From Lysobacter sp. CFH 32150 (GTDB lineage Bacteria > Pseudomonadota > Gammaproteobacteria > Xanthomonadales > Xanthomonadaceae), in NCBI RefSeq assembly GCF_022758295.1, contig NZ_JALDWJ010000007.1, positions 148,940-212,939 of the forward strand: a stretch of 64,000 nucleotides of DNA, given 5' to 3'. A program made the position numbers and the translations under genes. Below are positions 23,815-31,438 of the stretch, one piece after another. The notes beneath the pieces are model-generated. The model was not told the origin of the DNA and made no database searches. It saw only the letters and a list, made by a program, of their open reading frames with translations. Numbering within the stretch: position 1 is the first letter of the stretch; every line of letters begins with the position of its first letter.

Positions 23815-24564
23815 TTAGGGCTTGGGCGGGTTGGCGGTTTGGGACGACACGGTGTCCTTGGGTGCGTCCGGATTGGTCCAGTCGTCACCCCAGTCGAGAT
23901 CCTTGGCAACAGTGGGGAAATCGGCCGCGAGCGTTGCCGACAATTCGTCGGTGAGCGTTTGCAGCTGCTCCCAACGGCGCTCGCGCTTTCCCGCGCGCTC
24001 GTCGCTGGCTTCGATCAACAGCTCGACCTGCTCGCGCATCTTCGCGAAGGCGCCGCATCGCGGCGGCGGACCACTCGCGCGCAGGCTGCCGATCGCGAAT
24101 GTCCAGGCTTCGGTGTCGTCGAACATCGCGGGCGCGCCTACCGGCGAGGCGACCGACAGCGCGCGATACCAGACATCCAGCAATTCCGTCGCCACGGCGG
24201 CCGGGATCGGCACATCGTTGATCTCCGGTTCCTGCTCGACCCGCAACACCAGGTTGTCGCCTTTCCAGTAGCGCACGCGCTTGTCGGCTTCTACATAGCG
24301 CAGCGTCCAGTCATCGCCACTGGCGATGCCCGCGGCGCTCGGAATCAGCATGAGCCCGCTTTCGTTGTCTTTTTCCGGCAGGCGCGTGAGCGAGAGCGCC
24401 GGCGGCTCGGTGAGTCCGGCCGAGAACAACTGCTCCACGGCCGCGCCCCAGTTCTGCCCCGCCACTGGCCACCCACGGCCCAGCGTGTTGGCGCAGGAGC
24501 CCTTTTGCGCGCTGGCCAGCGGGGCCGCCAGCAATGCCACGATCAACAACAAAACCCGTCTCAT
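23815..24564 (-). CDS. Hypothetical secreted protein (249 aa) with an N-terminal signal peptide.
   Basis: [20 protein letters not shown] has Sec-signal character. No recognisable catalytic motif. Confidence 0.55.
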   Translation of the reverse strand: MRRVLLLIVALLAAPLASAQKGSCANTLGRGWPVAGQNWGAAVEQLFSAGLTEPPALSLTRLPEKDNESGLMLIPSAAGIASGDDWTLRYVEADKRVRYWKGDNLVLRVEQEPEINDVPIPAAVATELLDVWYRALSVASPVGAPAMFDDTEAWTFAIGSLRASGPPPRCGAFAKMREQVELLIEASDERAGKRERRWEQLQTLTDELSATLAADFPTVAKDLDWGDDWTNPDAPKDTVSSQTANPPKP

Positions 24565-24576
24565 CTCAACATCACC

Positions 24577-24702
24577 TTAGAGCAGTACGCGGCGCATATC
24601 CGCGAGGAGCTGCGCAAGATACGCGGTGAATCGCGCCGCCGCTGCGCCGTCGATCACACGGTGGTCGTAGCTCAGCGACAGCGGCAGGATCAGGCATGCC
24701 AT
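24577..24702 (-). pseudogene. Orphan 3' fragment of aceF: a 41-codon [44 protein letters not shown], duplicating the E2 C-terminus.
   Basis: Its protein matches the C-terminus of the intact aceF at 25599 almost exactly (one G/A substitution). Nucleotides 24604-24695 match 25626-25717 at 91/92. Confidence 0.6.
24604..24695. repeat. Direct repeat copy B (92 bp). It matches copy A at 25626-25717 with one mismatch and flanks the lepB-like insertion.
   Basis: Read by direct alignment: gaggagctgcgcaagatacgcggtgaa[t/a]cgcgccgccgctgcgccgtcgatcacacggtggtcgtagctcagcgacagcggcaggatcaggc. Confidence 0.8.
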
Positions 24703-24711
24703 GGGGCGTCC

Positions 24712-25602
24712 TTAACGTGCATGCGCGGCGGACAGCGAGCCGATCCGCGCAGTTTCGATGGTGTGCGTGATAGGGGAATACGAGAACCAGATGGCTTTCA
24801 CCTTGCCGCGCAAGGCTGAGACAGGGACAGGTCCCTGGAATCGACTGTCTGCGGCATTGAGGCGGTTGTCGCCCATCAAGTAAACCTCGTCGGACCCGAG
24901 TTTCGCGGAGGGAAACGGAATTGCTTCGACAGGAATCGGATTGCCTTCAATTTGGATGTAGGGCTCATCGAGGACGTTGCCATCGATGGCGGCGCGGTTG
25001 TCGCGCGTCACGATCGTCTCGCCGGGCAGGCCGATGATGCGCGCAATCCACATCTGTTCTGGATGTTCCGCGGGCACGTAAGTCACGATCTCGCCGCGAC
25101 GCAACGCAGTCCGCTCACCGGAACGCGCGTCGACGGTAACGAAGTCGCCTAGTCGCAGCGTTGGCTGCATGCTGGTCGATGGGATTCGATACGTTTCGTA
25201 GCCGAACACTTCCCCGCGATGCCTGACAAACCAGTCCGCGAAAAGCCAGTTGACCAGGACCACGCTGGCGATCGCCAGCCAGACATAGTGGTACCAGCGG
25301 TTGTACCAACGCGGCGGCGTGCCAACGGGCATCGCGCGCGCGAAACGGAACGCGAGCACCAGGGCGGCGATGGCCGCCAAGATCAGGAGCGCCAGAAGCC
25401 CGTAATACCCCAACAGCGATGCCGGCAGGCCGAGCCGACCACCCACCAGCATCAGCAACGGTGCGATCGCCACGAACACAAAGCCCCACGCCATCCTCCG
25501 CACGTAGGCGAAGCCGACCACGGGCAGGAAGAACGTCAGCAGCAGCGCCAGTGCTCCGCTGCGGCGCGAGAGCCCCCCAGGACTTGCGACCGCTTCGTTC
25601 AC
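24712..25602 (-). CDS. Signal peptidase I (S26 family) homologue. The catalytic serine box is present, but the general-base lysine is replaced by alanine.
   Basis: S26 boxes IPSTSMQPTL, RRGEIVTYVP, ARIIGLPGE and GDNRLNAADSRFQGPVPV. The position equivalent to E. coli K145 / B. subtilis K83 (YVKRIIGLPGD) reads WIARIIGLPGE. The GTG start overlaps the aceF stop (GTGA). Only the 3' third of the 786-aa track ORF 24712..27072 is real. Confidence 0.75.
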   Translation of the reverse strand: MNEAVASPGGLSRRSGALALLLTFFLPVVGFAYVRRMAWGFVFVAIAPLLMLVGGRLGLPASLLGYYGLLALLILAAIAALVLAFRFARAMPVGTPPRWYNRWYHYVWLAIASVVLVNWLFADWFVRHRGEVFGYETYRIPSTSMQPTLRLGDFVTVDARSGERTALRRGEIVTYVPAEHPEQMWIARIIGLPGETIVTRDNRAAIDGNVLDEPYIQIEGNPIPVEAIPFPSAKLGSDEVYLMGDNRLNAADSRFQGPVPVSALRGKVKAIWFSYSPITHTIETARIGSLSAAHAR

Positions 25603-27008
25603 AACAACACCCGGCGCATGTCGCCGAGGAGCTGCGCAAGATACGCGGTGAAACGCGCCGCCGCTGCGCCGTCGATCACACGGTGGTCGTAGCTCAGCGA
25701 CAGCGGCAGGATCAGGCGCGGGGCGAACTGCTTGCCATCCCACACCGGGCGGATGGCCGACTTCGATACGCCGAGGATGGCGACTTCGGGCGCATTGACG
25801 ATCGGCGTGAACTTGGTGCCGCCGATACCGCCGAGCGAGCTGATCGAGAAGCAGCCGCCGCTCATCTCCGCCGGGCCCAGCTTGCCTTCGCGCGCCTTGG
25901 CGGCGAGCTCGCCGGTTTCCCTGGCGATCTCGATCACACCCTTCTGGTCTACGTCGCGCACCACGGGCACGACCAGGCCATTCGGCGTGTCGGCGGCGAA
26001 GCCGATATGGAAGTACTTCTTCAGCGTGAGGTTCTCGCCGCTGGCGTCGAGCGATGCGTTGAAGTTCGGGAATTTCTGCAGCGCGGCGACGGACGCCTTC
26101 ATCAGGAAGGCGAGCATGGTGAGCTTGATGCCCGCCTTTTCGTTTTCCTTGTTGAGGGCGACCCGCAGTGATTCCAGTTCGGTGATGTCGGCATCGTCGT
26201 GCTGGGTGACGTGCGGGATCATCGCCCAGTTGCGCGCAAGGTTGGCGCCGCTGAGTTTCTGGATGCGCGTGAGCGGTTTGGTTTCGATCGGGCCGAACTT
26301 GGCGAAGTCGACCTTGGGCCACGGCAGCAGGTTCAACCCACCACCACCCGCCACCGGCGCAGCGCCGGCAACCACGCCACTGGCCAGTGCATCCTTGACG
26401 AAGCGCTGCACGTCTTCCTTGCCGATGCGACCGCCGCGCTCGCTGCCCTTGACCTGGGCGAGATCGACGCCGAGTTCGCGCGCGAACATGCGCACGGCGG
26501 GACTGGCGTAAGGCACTTTGTCTGGCAAGAGTTCGTCGGCGGTGAACGCGATGGGCGGCGTACGCGGCGGTGCGGCTTCGGGATCGACACCGGGCTTGCC
26601 GTCGAGCGTGGTGGGCGCCTCGATGGAGCGCTGCGCCAGTTTGTCGGGTTGCGCCGCGACGATGGCCGGCTCGACCTTCGCACCGGTTTCCGCAGTTGCT
26701 GTCGTCGCCTGCGGCGCCACTGGTTCCGCCCGTTGCGGGGCTGCCGGCTTGGCTTCGGCAGCGGCCGCGCTGGATTCGATCACTGCGACCACGCTGCCTT
26801 CCGACAACTTGTCGCCGACCTTGACCTTCAATTCCTTGATCACGCCCGCGAACGGCGCCGGCACTTCCATCGTCGCCTTGTCCGACTCCAGCGTGACCAG
26901 GCCCTGGTCCTGCTGCACCGTGTCGCCGACCGCGACCAGCAGTTCGATCACAGGCACGTCGTCGTAGCCGCCGATGTCGGGGACGCGCGCTTCCTTGAGT
27001 TCTGCCAT
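25599..27008 (-). CDS. aceF: Dihydrolipoamide acetyltransferase (PDH E2) with a single lipoyl domain.
   Basis: Lipoyl motif [11 protein letters not shown], an E3-binding domain, and the catalytic motif [12 protein letters not shown]. Start reset to MAELKEARVPDIGG. Confidence 0.9.
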   Translation of the reverse strand: MAELKEARVPDIGGYDDVPVIELLVAVGDTVQQDQGLVTLESDKATMEVPAPFAGVIKELKVKVGDKLSEGSVVAVIESSAAAAEAKPAAPQRAEPVAPQATTATAETGAKVEPAIVAAQPDKLAQRSIEAPTTLDGKPGVDPEAAPPRTPPIAFTADELLPDKVPYASPAVRMFARELGVDLAQVKGSERGGRIGKEDVQRFVKDALASGVVAGAAPVAGGGGLNLLPWPKVDFAKFGPIETKPLTRIQKLSGANLARNWAMIPHVTQHDDADITELESLRVALNKENEKAGIKLTMLAFLMKASVAALQKFPNFNASLDASGENLTLKKYFHIGFAADTPNGLVVPVVRDVDQKGVIEIARETGELAAKAREGKLGPAEMSGGCFSISSLGGIGGTKFTPIVNAPEVAILGVSKSAIRPVWDGKQFAPRLILPLSLSYDHRVIDGAAAARFTAYLAQLLGDMRRVLL

Positions 27009-27165
27009 GGGGCTCAACCGTGCTGGAACAGGACCGCCATTGTCGCCGCCAGCGCGTGCGCACGCCAAGCACAAAAAAACTCCCGCGGTGCGCGGGAGTG
27101 GGGAATACGCCATTGCAGGCGTGGGGATAGTTTCTGGAGATACCAACCCGCGATCGTTCGCGGGA

Positions 27166-27903
27166 CTATTTGTGGCGATTGACCTTGGCTTCGAGTAGCT
27201 CGAGGCGCTGCCCATTCGGCAGTCGATACTCCAGCGCATCGTCGATCGCGTCGAGGGCTTCCATGCGCTGGCACAGCGTTTCGGCGCGCCGTTCCAGCGC
27301 CCTCGCCCGCGGTTCGACGCGGGCTTCGATGTCCTTGTCCATGTTCTCCATGCGCTGCAAGCGCATGGTGTCGCCACTGAGGGCCGCCCGCACGGCGCCG
27401 CCGACGATGTCGCCGATCAGGCTGGGCAGTACGTCGCTGACGGCGCTGCCGATACCCTGGCCGAGATCATGGCCATTGAAACGGGTCGGCGTGACCGAGC
27501 GCGACAGGCGCGCATCGAGTTGCGCGCGTGCCTTGCCCAGCTTTGCGCGAGTCTCCTTGGGGTCGCTGCTGAAACCGGCAGCGACTTCGCCAAGCGTGAC
27601 GAATGCGATCTCGGCGGCATCGTGGCCGATTTGCTGCGCGACCACCATCGTCGCGCGCGCATCTCGTTCGTAGTCCCTGATGCGCTTGCTGTCGGCCGCA
27701 GTCAACGTGACCCATTGGTCGTCGATGAACAGGCGGCCTTCCCGCATCACGATGGCCTTTGGCGTATCGCTTTCGCGGGTGAAGATCACGCTTTTCGGGG
27801 TGATGTGGAAGTCGTAGTCGCTGTCGACGTCGCAGCTGATTTCCTTTGCCCCCGCATGCCCAGCAAACAGCAATAGAACGCTCGCAAACACCATGCCACG
27901 CAT
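27166..27903 (-). CDS. Hypothetical periplasmic protein with a signal peptide (start reset to MRGMVFASVLLLFAGHAGA).
   Basis: Signal peptide followed by a charged, helical C-terminus. No motif recognised. Confidence 0.55.
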   Translation of the reverse strand: MRGMVFASVLLLFAGHAGAKEISCDVDSDYDFHITPKSVIFTRESDTPKAIVMREGRLFIDDQWVTLTAADSKRIRDYERDARATMVVAQQIGHDAAEIAFVTLGEVAAGFSSDPKETRAKLGKARAQLDARLSRSVTPTRFNGHDLGQGIGSAVSDVLPSLIGDIVGGAVRAALSGDTMRLQRMENMDKDIEARVEPRARALERRAETLCQRMEALDAIDDALEYRLPNGQRLELLEAKVNRHK

Positions 27904-28078
27904 CGTGCACTCCTTCGGGCATCTGCCCGCACGCCTGCAGCATGCGCGCGCCGGCCCGGCAACGTCAGTGCCGATCGATGGCATGACTCTCGTCATAGGG
28001 CGTCCGGCACTGCAACCCTGGCCTGCAACGGCGCATCTTTAGCTGTGTGGATCCCCCAACCACAGCGAGGTATCGGTC

Positions 28079-28282
28079 ATGCGTTCCCTTCAGCACGTAA
28101 TGTGGCGCGGCGTGATGGCGCTGAGCCTGCTGATGCTGGGCATCGGCAGCGGCTTTGGATTCCAGGAGGCGCCGGTGGCGGACATCGCGACGCCAGCCTG
28201 CGATGGCGATGCGATGGCTGCGCGCGAGGACATTAAGATCGAGCCCGTCGCACAGACGGACGCCCTGCCTGCACGCGGTTGA
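28079..28282 (+). CDS. Possible small secreted peptide (67 aa). Weak call.
   Basis: A GAGGT RBS lies 8 nt upstream, with a hydrophobic N-terminus MALSLLMLGIGSGFG. No homologue recognised. Confidence 0.25.
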   Translation: MRSLQHVMWRGVMALSLLMLGIGSGFGFQEAPVADIATPACDGDAMAAREDIKIEPVAQTDALPARG

Positions 28283-28458
28283 GATTGCAAGCGCAATCCT
28301 GAAGCACGCGTCAGCGAAGTGATCTGTCGGTGAAATCCACGCAGTGAATGCGCGCCGTGGTGAAGATCATGCGCGCGGCGTAGTGGAGGTTCATGCGTCT
28401 CTGGCTACGGTGTTCACTGCCCTACTCCCGGGCAGCTTGAACAGAAGAGGAGATCTGC

Positions 28459-29115
28459 ATGCTGAATATCCGACATTTTCATTTGCGAACCTTGAGCCTC
28501 GCCACCGTCGCCGCGATTGCATTCGCGCCGACAGTCTTTGCGCAGGACACCACGACCAGCCAGCGCCGCTTCTCGGTGGTCGGCGGTTACGCCCACATGG
28601 TGCCGAAGTCGAATCCTGACGGCACCGTGTTGGGTTCCAAGACTGACCTCGACGGCAGCGGCGCACCGACCCTGAGCGGCAGCTGGTACCTCAACGACAA
28701 CTTCGCAATCGAGTTGTGGGGCGCGGCCGACCGCTTCGAGCACGACGTGAACCTCGCCAACGGTTCCCGCGGCACGATCAAGCAGCAGCCGGTGGCGTTG
28801 AGCGGCCAATATCACTTCGGCGCACCGGACAAGACGGTCCGTCCGTTCGTGGGCTTGGGTTACTACCAGTCCAACATCAACGATGAGCAGTTCGATCCGG
28901 CACTCACCGGCAATCGCCATGTCGGTTTTGGCACCCCGAACGGCCCGATCGCCACGGCCGGCGTCGATTTCAACATCACCGATCGCTGGTTCACCCGCGC
29001 CGATGCCCGTTACATGAAGGGCGACGCGGAGGTGAAGCTGGCTGGCCAGGAGACGGGTGAGGAAGTGCAGCTCGATCCGTGGACGGTCGGTGTCGGCGTT
29101 GGCGTGCGGTTCTGA
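28459..29115 (+). CDS. ompW: OmpW-family outer-membrane beta-barrel protein.
   Basis: 218 aa with a signal peptide, alternating amphipathic beta-strands and C-terminal VGVGVRF. Confidence 0.85.
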   Translation: MLNIRHFHLRTLSLATVAAIAFAPTVFAQDTTTSQRRFSVVGGYAHMVPKSNPDGTVLGSKTDLDGSGAPTLSGSWYLNDNFAIELWGAADRFEHDVNLANGSRGTIKQQPVALSGQYHFGAPDKTVRPFVGLGYYQSNINDEQFDPALTGNRHVGFGTPNGPIATAGVDFNITDRWFTRADARYMKGDAEVKLAGQETGEEVQLDPWTVGVGVGVRF

Positions 29116-29210
29116 CGACCGCAATGCCATGCAACCGCAACGGGCCCGATCGGGCCCGTTGCTATTAGCGTCTGCGGTTGGCTTCGTTCGTTACGGTGAT
29201 CGCAGCAGGA

Positions 29211-30119
29211 TCAAGGATGCTCGGCCTCGACATGCACGCGTTCGCGCCGCAGCAGGTACAGGCCACTGGCCACGATGATCGCCGCACCGAGCCAGGTCAC
29301 CGCATCCGGCAGCACGCCCCAGAGTGCGAGATCGAGACCGACGCCCCAGACCAGTGCCGTGTATTCCAGAGGCGCGATCAGCGATGCCTCGCCGAGGCGG
29401 AACGCTTCGGTGATCGTGTACTGCCCGAGTGCACCGCCCAGACCGATGCCGAGGATGATCCACAGGTCCTCGCTCCGCAGCGGCACCCAGCCGGGCCACG
29501 CCAGCGCGCCAGCACCGAGCGCCATCAATGCCATCAGCCACACCACCATCGCCTGGGTGGAATCGGTGCGCGCCAGGATGCGCACGGTGATCGCCGATAC
29601 CGCGTACCCCAGTGCAGCGAGCAGGACCGCGAGACCCGCAATGGTCAGTACGCCTTCGCCAGTCGGCCGCAGCACCACCAGCACGCCGAGCAAGCCGATC
29701 GCGATCGCGATCCAACGCCGCGGCCCGACGTGTTCGCGCAGGAACGGCACCGACAACGCGGTGATCAGCAATGGCGCAACAAAGAAGATCGAGTACGCAG
29801 TCGTCAGCGGCAACGTACGCAGCGCATAGACGAAGCCCGCCATCATCGCGATGCCTAGTACGCCGCGCAGCAGGTGCAGCGACCAACGCACGCGGAGCAA
29901 TGGCCCGACCCCGGTCGTCGCCAGCGCCCACACCAGTACGAACGGCAACGACGAGGCGCCGCGCAGGGTCGCAACCTGGAATGGCGGGTAGTGCGCCGTC
30001 AGCAACTTGAGGCCTGCATCCATCAGTGCAAACAGGCCGACCGCGGTCAGCATCAGGAAGATCGCGCGCGTGCGGCGCGCAGCGGTGTGGGCGGAAGTCG
30101 TGGCGGTGTCCATCGCCAT
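29211..30119 (-). CDS. DMT-superfamily (EamA) transporter.
   Basis: Ten TM helices with two EamA repeats. Start reset to the internal ATG (MAMDTATT...). Confidence 0.8.
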   Translation of the reverse strand: MAMDTATTSAHTAARRTRAIFLMLTAVGLFALMDAGLKLLTAHYPPFQVATLRGASSLPFVLVWALATTGVGPLLRVRWSLHLLRGVLGIAMMAGFVYALRTLPLTTAYSIFFVAPLLITALSVPFLREHVGPRRWIAIAIGLLGVLVVLRPTGEGVLTIAGLAVLLAALGYAVSAITVRILARTDSTQAMVVWLMALMALGAGALAWPGWVPLRSEDLWIILGIGLGGALGQYTITEAFRLGEASLIAPLEYTALVWGVGLDLALWGVLPDAVTWLGAAIIVASGLYLLRRERVHVEAEHP

Positions 30120-30487
30120 AGGATGGAGCAAGCCGTGTGCGAATGCTCGCACTGCGGCTTCGTCGATCGATGCAAAGAACTTCTTCCCGTTCTTTCTTGC
30201 ATGCAAGCAATCGACCGTTCGTCGGAAAAACACTTGCAAGTAAATTTGCATGCGCGTAACGTGCGCGCCCTCGCCACGTGGCGATAGATTTTTTCAGAGA
30301 ACGACTTCCATGCGACCCGCCTTCGACATCGCGAACAAGCTAACGCTGCGGCCATCCGGCCACGGCACGGCTGCGTGCGCGCCGACGAGCTGCGCGCTGG
30401 TTATCAGCGGCCGCGGCATGGAAGACGCGCTGACCATCGACTGATCTCCAATTCGCGGAGGTCGGTCACCCCGACCTCCGAGGCACG

Positions 30488-30530
30488 CGAACGCCCTCGG
30501 ACTCGATATCCGGGGGCGTTTTGTTTTTGC
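30488..30530 (+). terminator. Intrinsic terminator aacgccctcggactcgatatccgggggcgttttgttttt.
   Basis: GC stem followed by a U-run. It follows a 44-codon ORF (30310-30444). Confidence 0.5.
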
Positions 30531-30818
30531 CGTTCGCAAACGGAGAGTCACAGTTGTCGCGATGTTGCATCGCGCCCCGAAGCATCCGGACAGTGCTGGT
30601 CCGAGTCAGGGAAGACCGCTGAGGCGCGCAAGCGCTGTGCCTGGATGCTTCGGCACGGGCGGTGGGTGATGCGGCATCGCAAACGAATTGGCGCCTGATA
30701 GCAGGCGCCAATGCGAAACATCGATCGGACAGTTTTCAGCGGCCTGGACTCGTGAGTTCCAGCCGGTGCGCGCGGCATTGCCGTGGCGTATGCCGAGGCT
30801 GCGAGGCGGTGTTTCGAA

Positions 30819-30890
30819 GCGACGGTAGCTCAGAGGTTAGAGCAACGACTTCGAGTCGTGTGTCGCCGGTTCGAATCCGGCACGTCACCA
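30819..30890 (+). tRNA. tRNA-like element 1. The D arm (TAGCTCAGAGGTTAGAGCA) and T arm (GCCGGTTCGAATCCGGC) are canonical, but the acceptor stem has two mismatches and the anticodon region is 2 nt too short. Possible tRNA pseudogene; isotype undetermined.
   Basis: Hand folding: the acceptor GCGACGG / ACGTCAC pairs at 5 of 7. The anticodon arm has either a 5-nt loop or a 3-nt variable loop. Confidence 0.35.
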
Positions 30891-30962
30891 CTGGATAGCT
30901 CAGTCGGTTAGAGCATCGGACTTGATTCCGAGAGTCGCGGGTTCGATTCCCGCTCCAAACCA
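30889..30962 (+). tRNA. tRNA-like element 2. Canonical D arm (TAGCTCAGTCGGTTAGAGCA) and T arm (GCGGGTTCGATTCCCGC). The anticodon stem TCGGA/TCCGA encloses a 6-nt loop, and the acceptor pairs at 4 of 7. Possible tRNA pseudogene or fragment.
   Basis: Hand folding. The 3' arm resembles tRNA-Asp/Lys-type T arms. Confidence 0.35.
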
Positions 30963-31204
30963 ACGACCTTTCACGTCGTTTGTCAGGGACGCAAGTCCCA
31001 CACCAGGAAACGCCCCGTGCGGCGTTTCGCCAAACGATGCGCTTCGGCGCATCGCGCAACGGAACGCCACAGCGGTGATGTCGCCGGGCCTGCGCCCTTG
31101 AAGCAGGCCGGTCGTTGGCGGAACACGCAACGCGACAGCGGGATCGTCGCGTTCGTCGGAAGGCAGCGATCGCCCTGCGGAAAGCACGCGGGCTCCGCGG
31201 CATC

Positions 31205-31400
31205 GGCGTCAGGGGCGTTTCCACCTTTTTCTTCTCCTCCCTTTCGCCAAAGGCGAAGGGGAGGGTTGGTGAGGGTGCTTTTGATCTTGCTTATGCAACC
31301 GCAAAGTCAAAAGCACCCCCTCCCAACCTCCCCCTGCGCTTCGCGCAAGGGGAGGAGCAAAAGCAACGCGCGACAACCGATCCATCGCGCAATCAATTCA
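31205..31400 (+). promoter_or_regulatory. Three consecutive strong GC hairpins in the 5' leader of the SPFH gene, each carrying CCUCC and GGAGG.
   Basis: The hairpins are cctccctttcgcc-aaa-ggcgaaggggagg; ggttggtgagggtgcttttgat...gtcaaaagcaccccctcccaacc; and ctccccctgcgc-ttcg-gcgcaaggggag. Confidence 0.4.
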
Positions 31401-31438
31401 TCGGGTCGGACCACCCAGAACCACAAGGAGAACGTGCC

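Noticed and set aside
24553-24585. aceF ends ...DMRRVLL* and the next gene begins MRRVLLL...
   Set aside because: The nucleotide sequences differ (cgccgcgtactgctc versus agacgggttttgttg). I treat it as coincidence rather than evidence of a frame relationship or duplication.
24712-27072. 786-aa minus-strand ORF
   Set aside because: It is a chimeric frame. Only the 3' portion (24712-25602) is the real S26 homologue. Upstream, it runs out of frame through aceF, which is in another frame (25599-27008).
30819-30962. Calling the two tRNA-like elements as intact, typed tRNA genes
   Set aside because: By hand folding neither yields a 7-nt anticodon loop with a 5-bp stem plus a fully paired acceptor stem. 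They are reported as tRNA-like or possible pseudogenes pending tRNAscan-SE.
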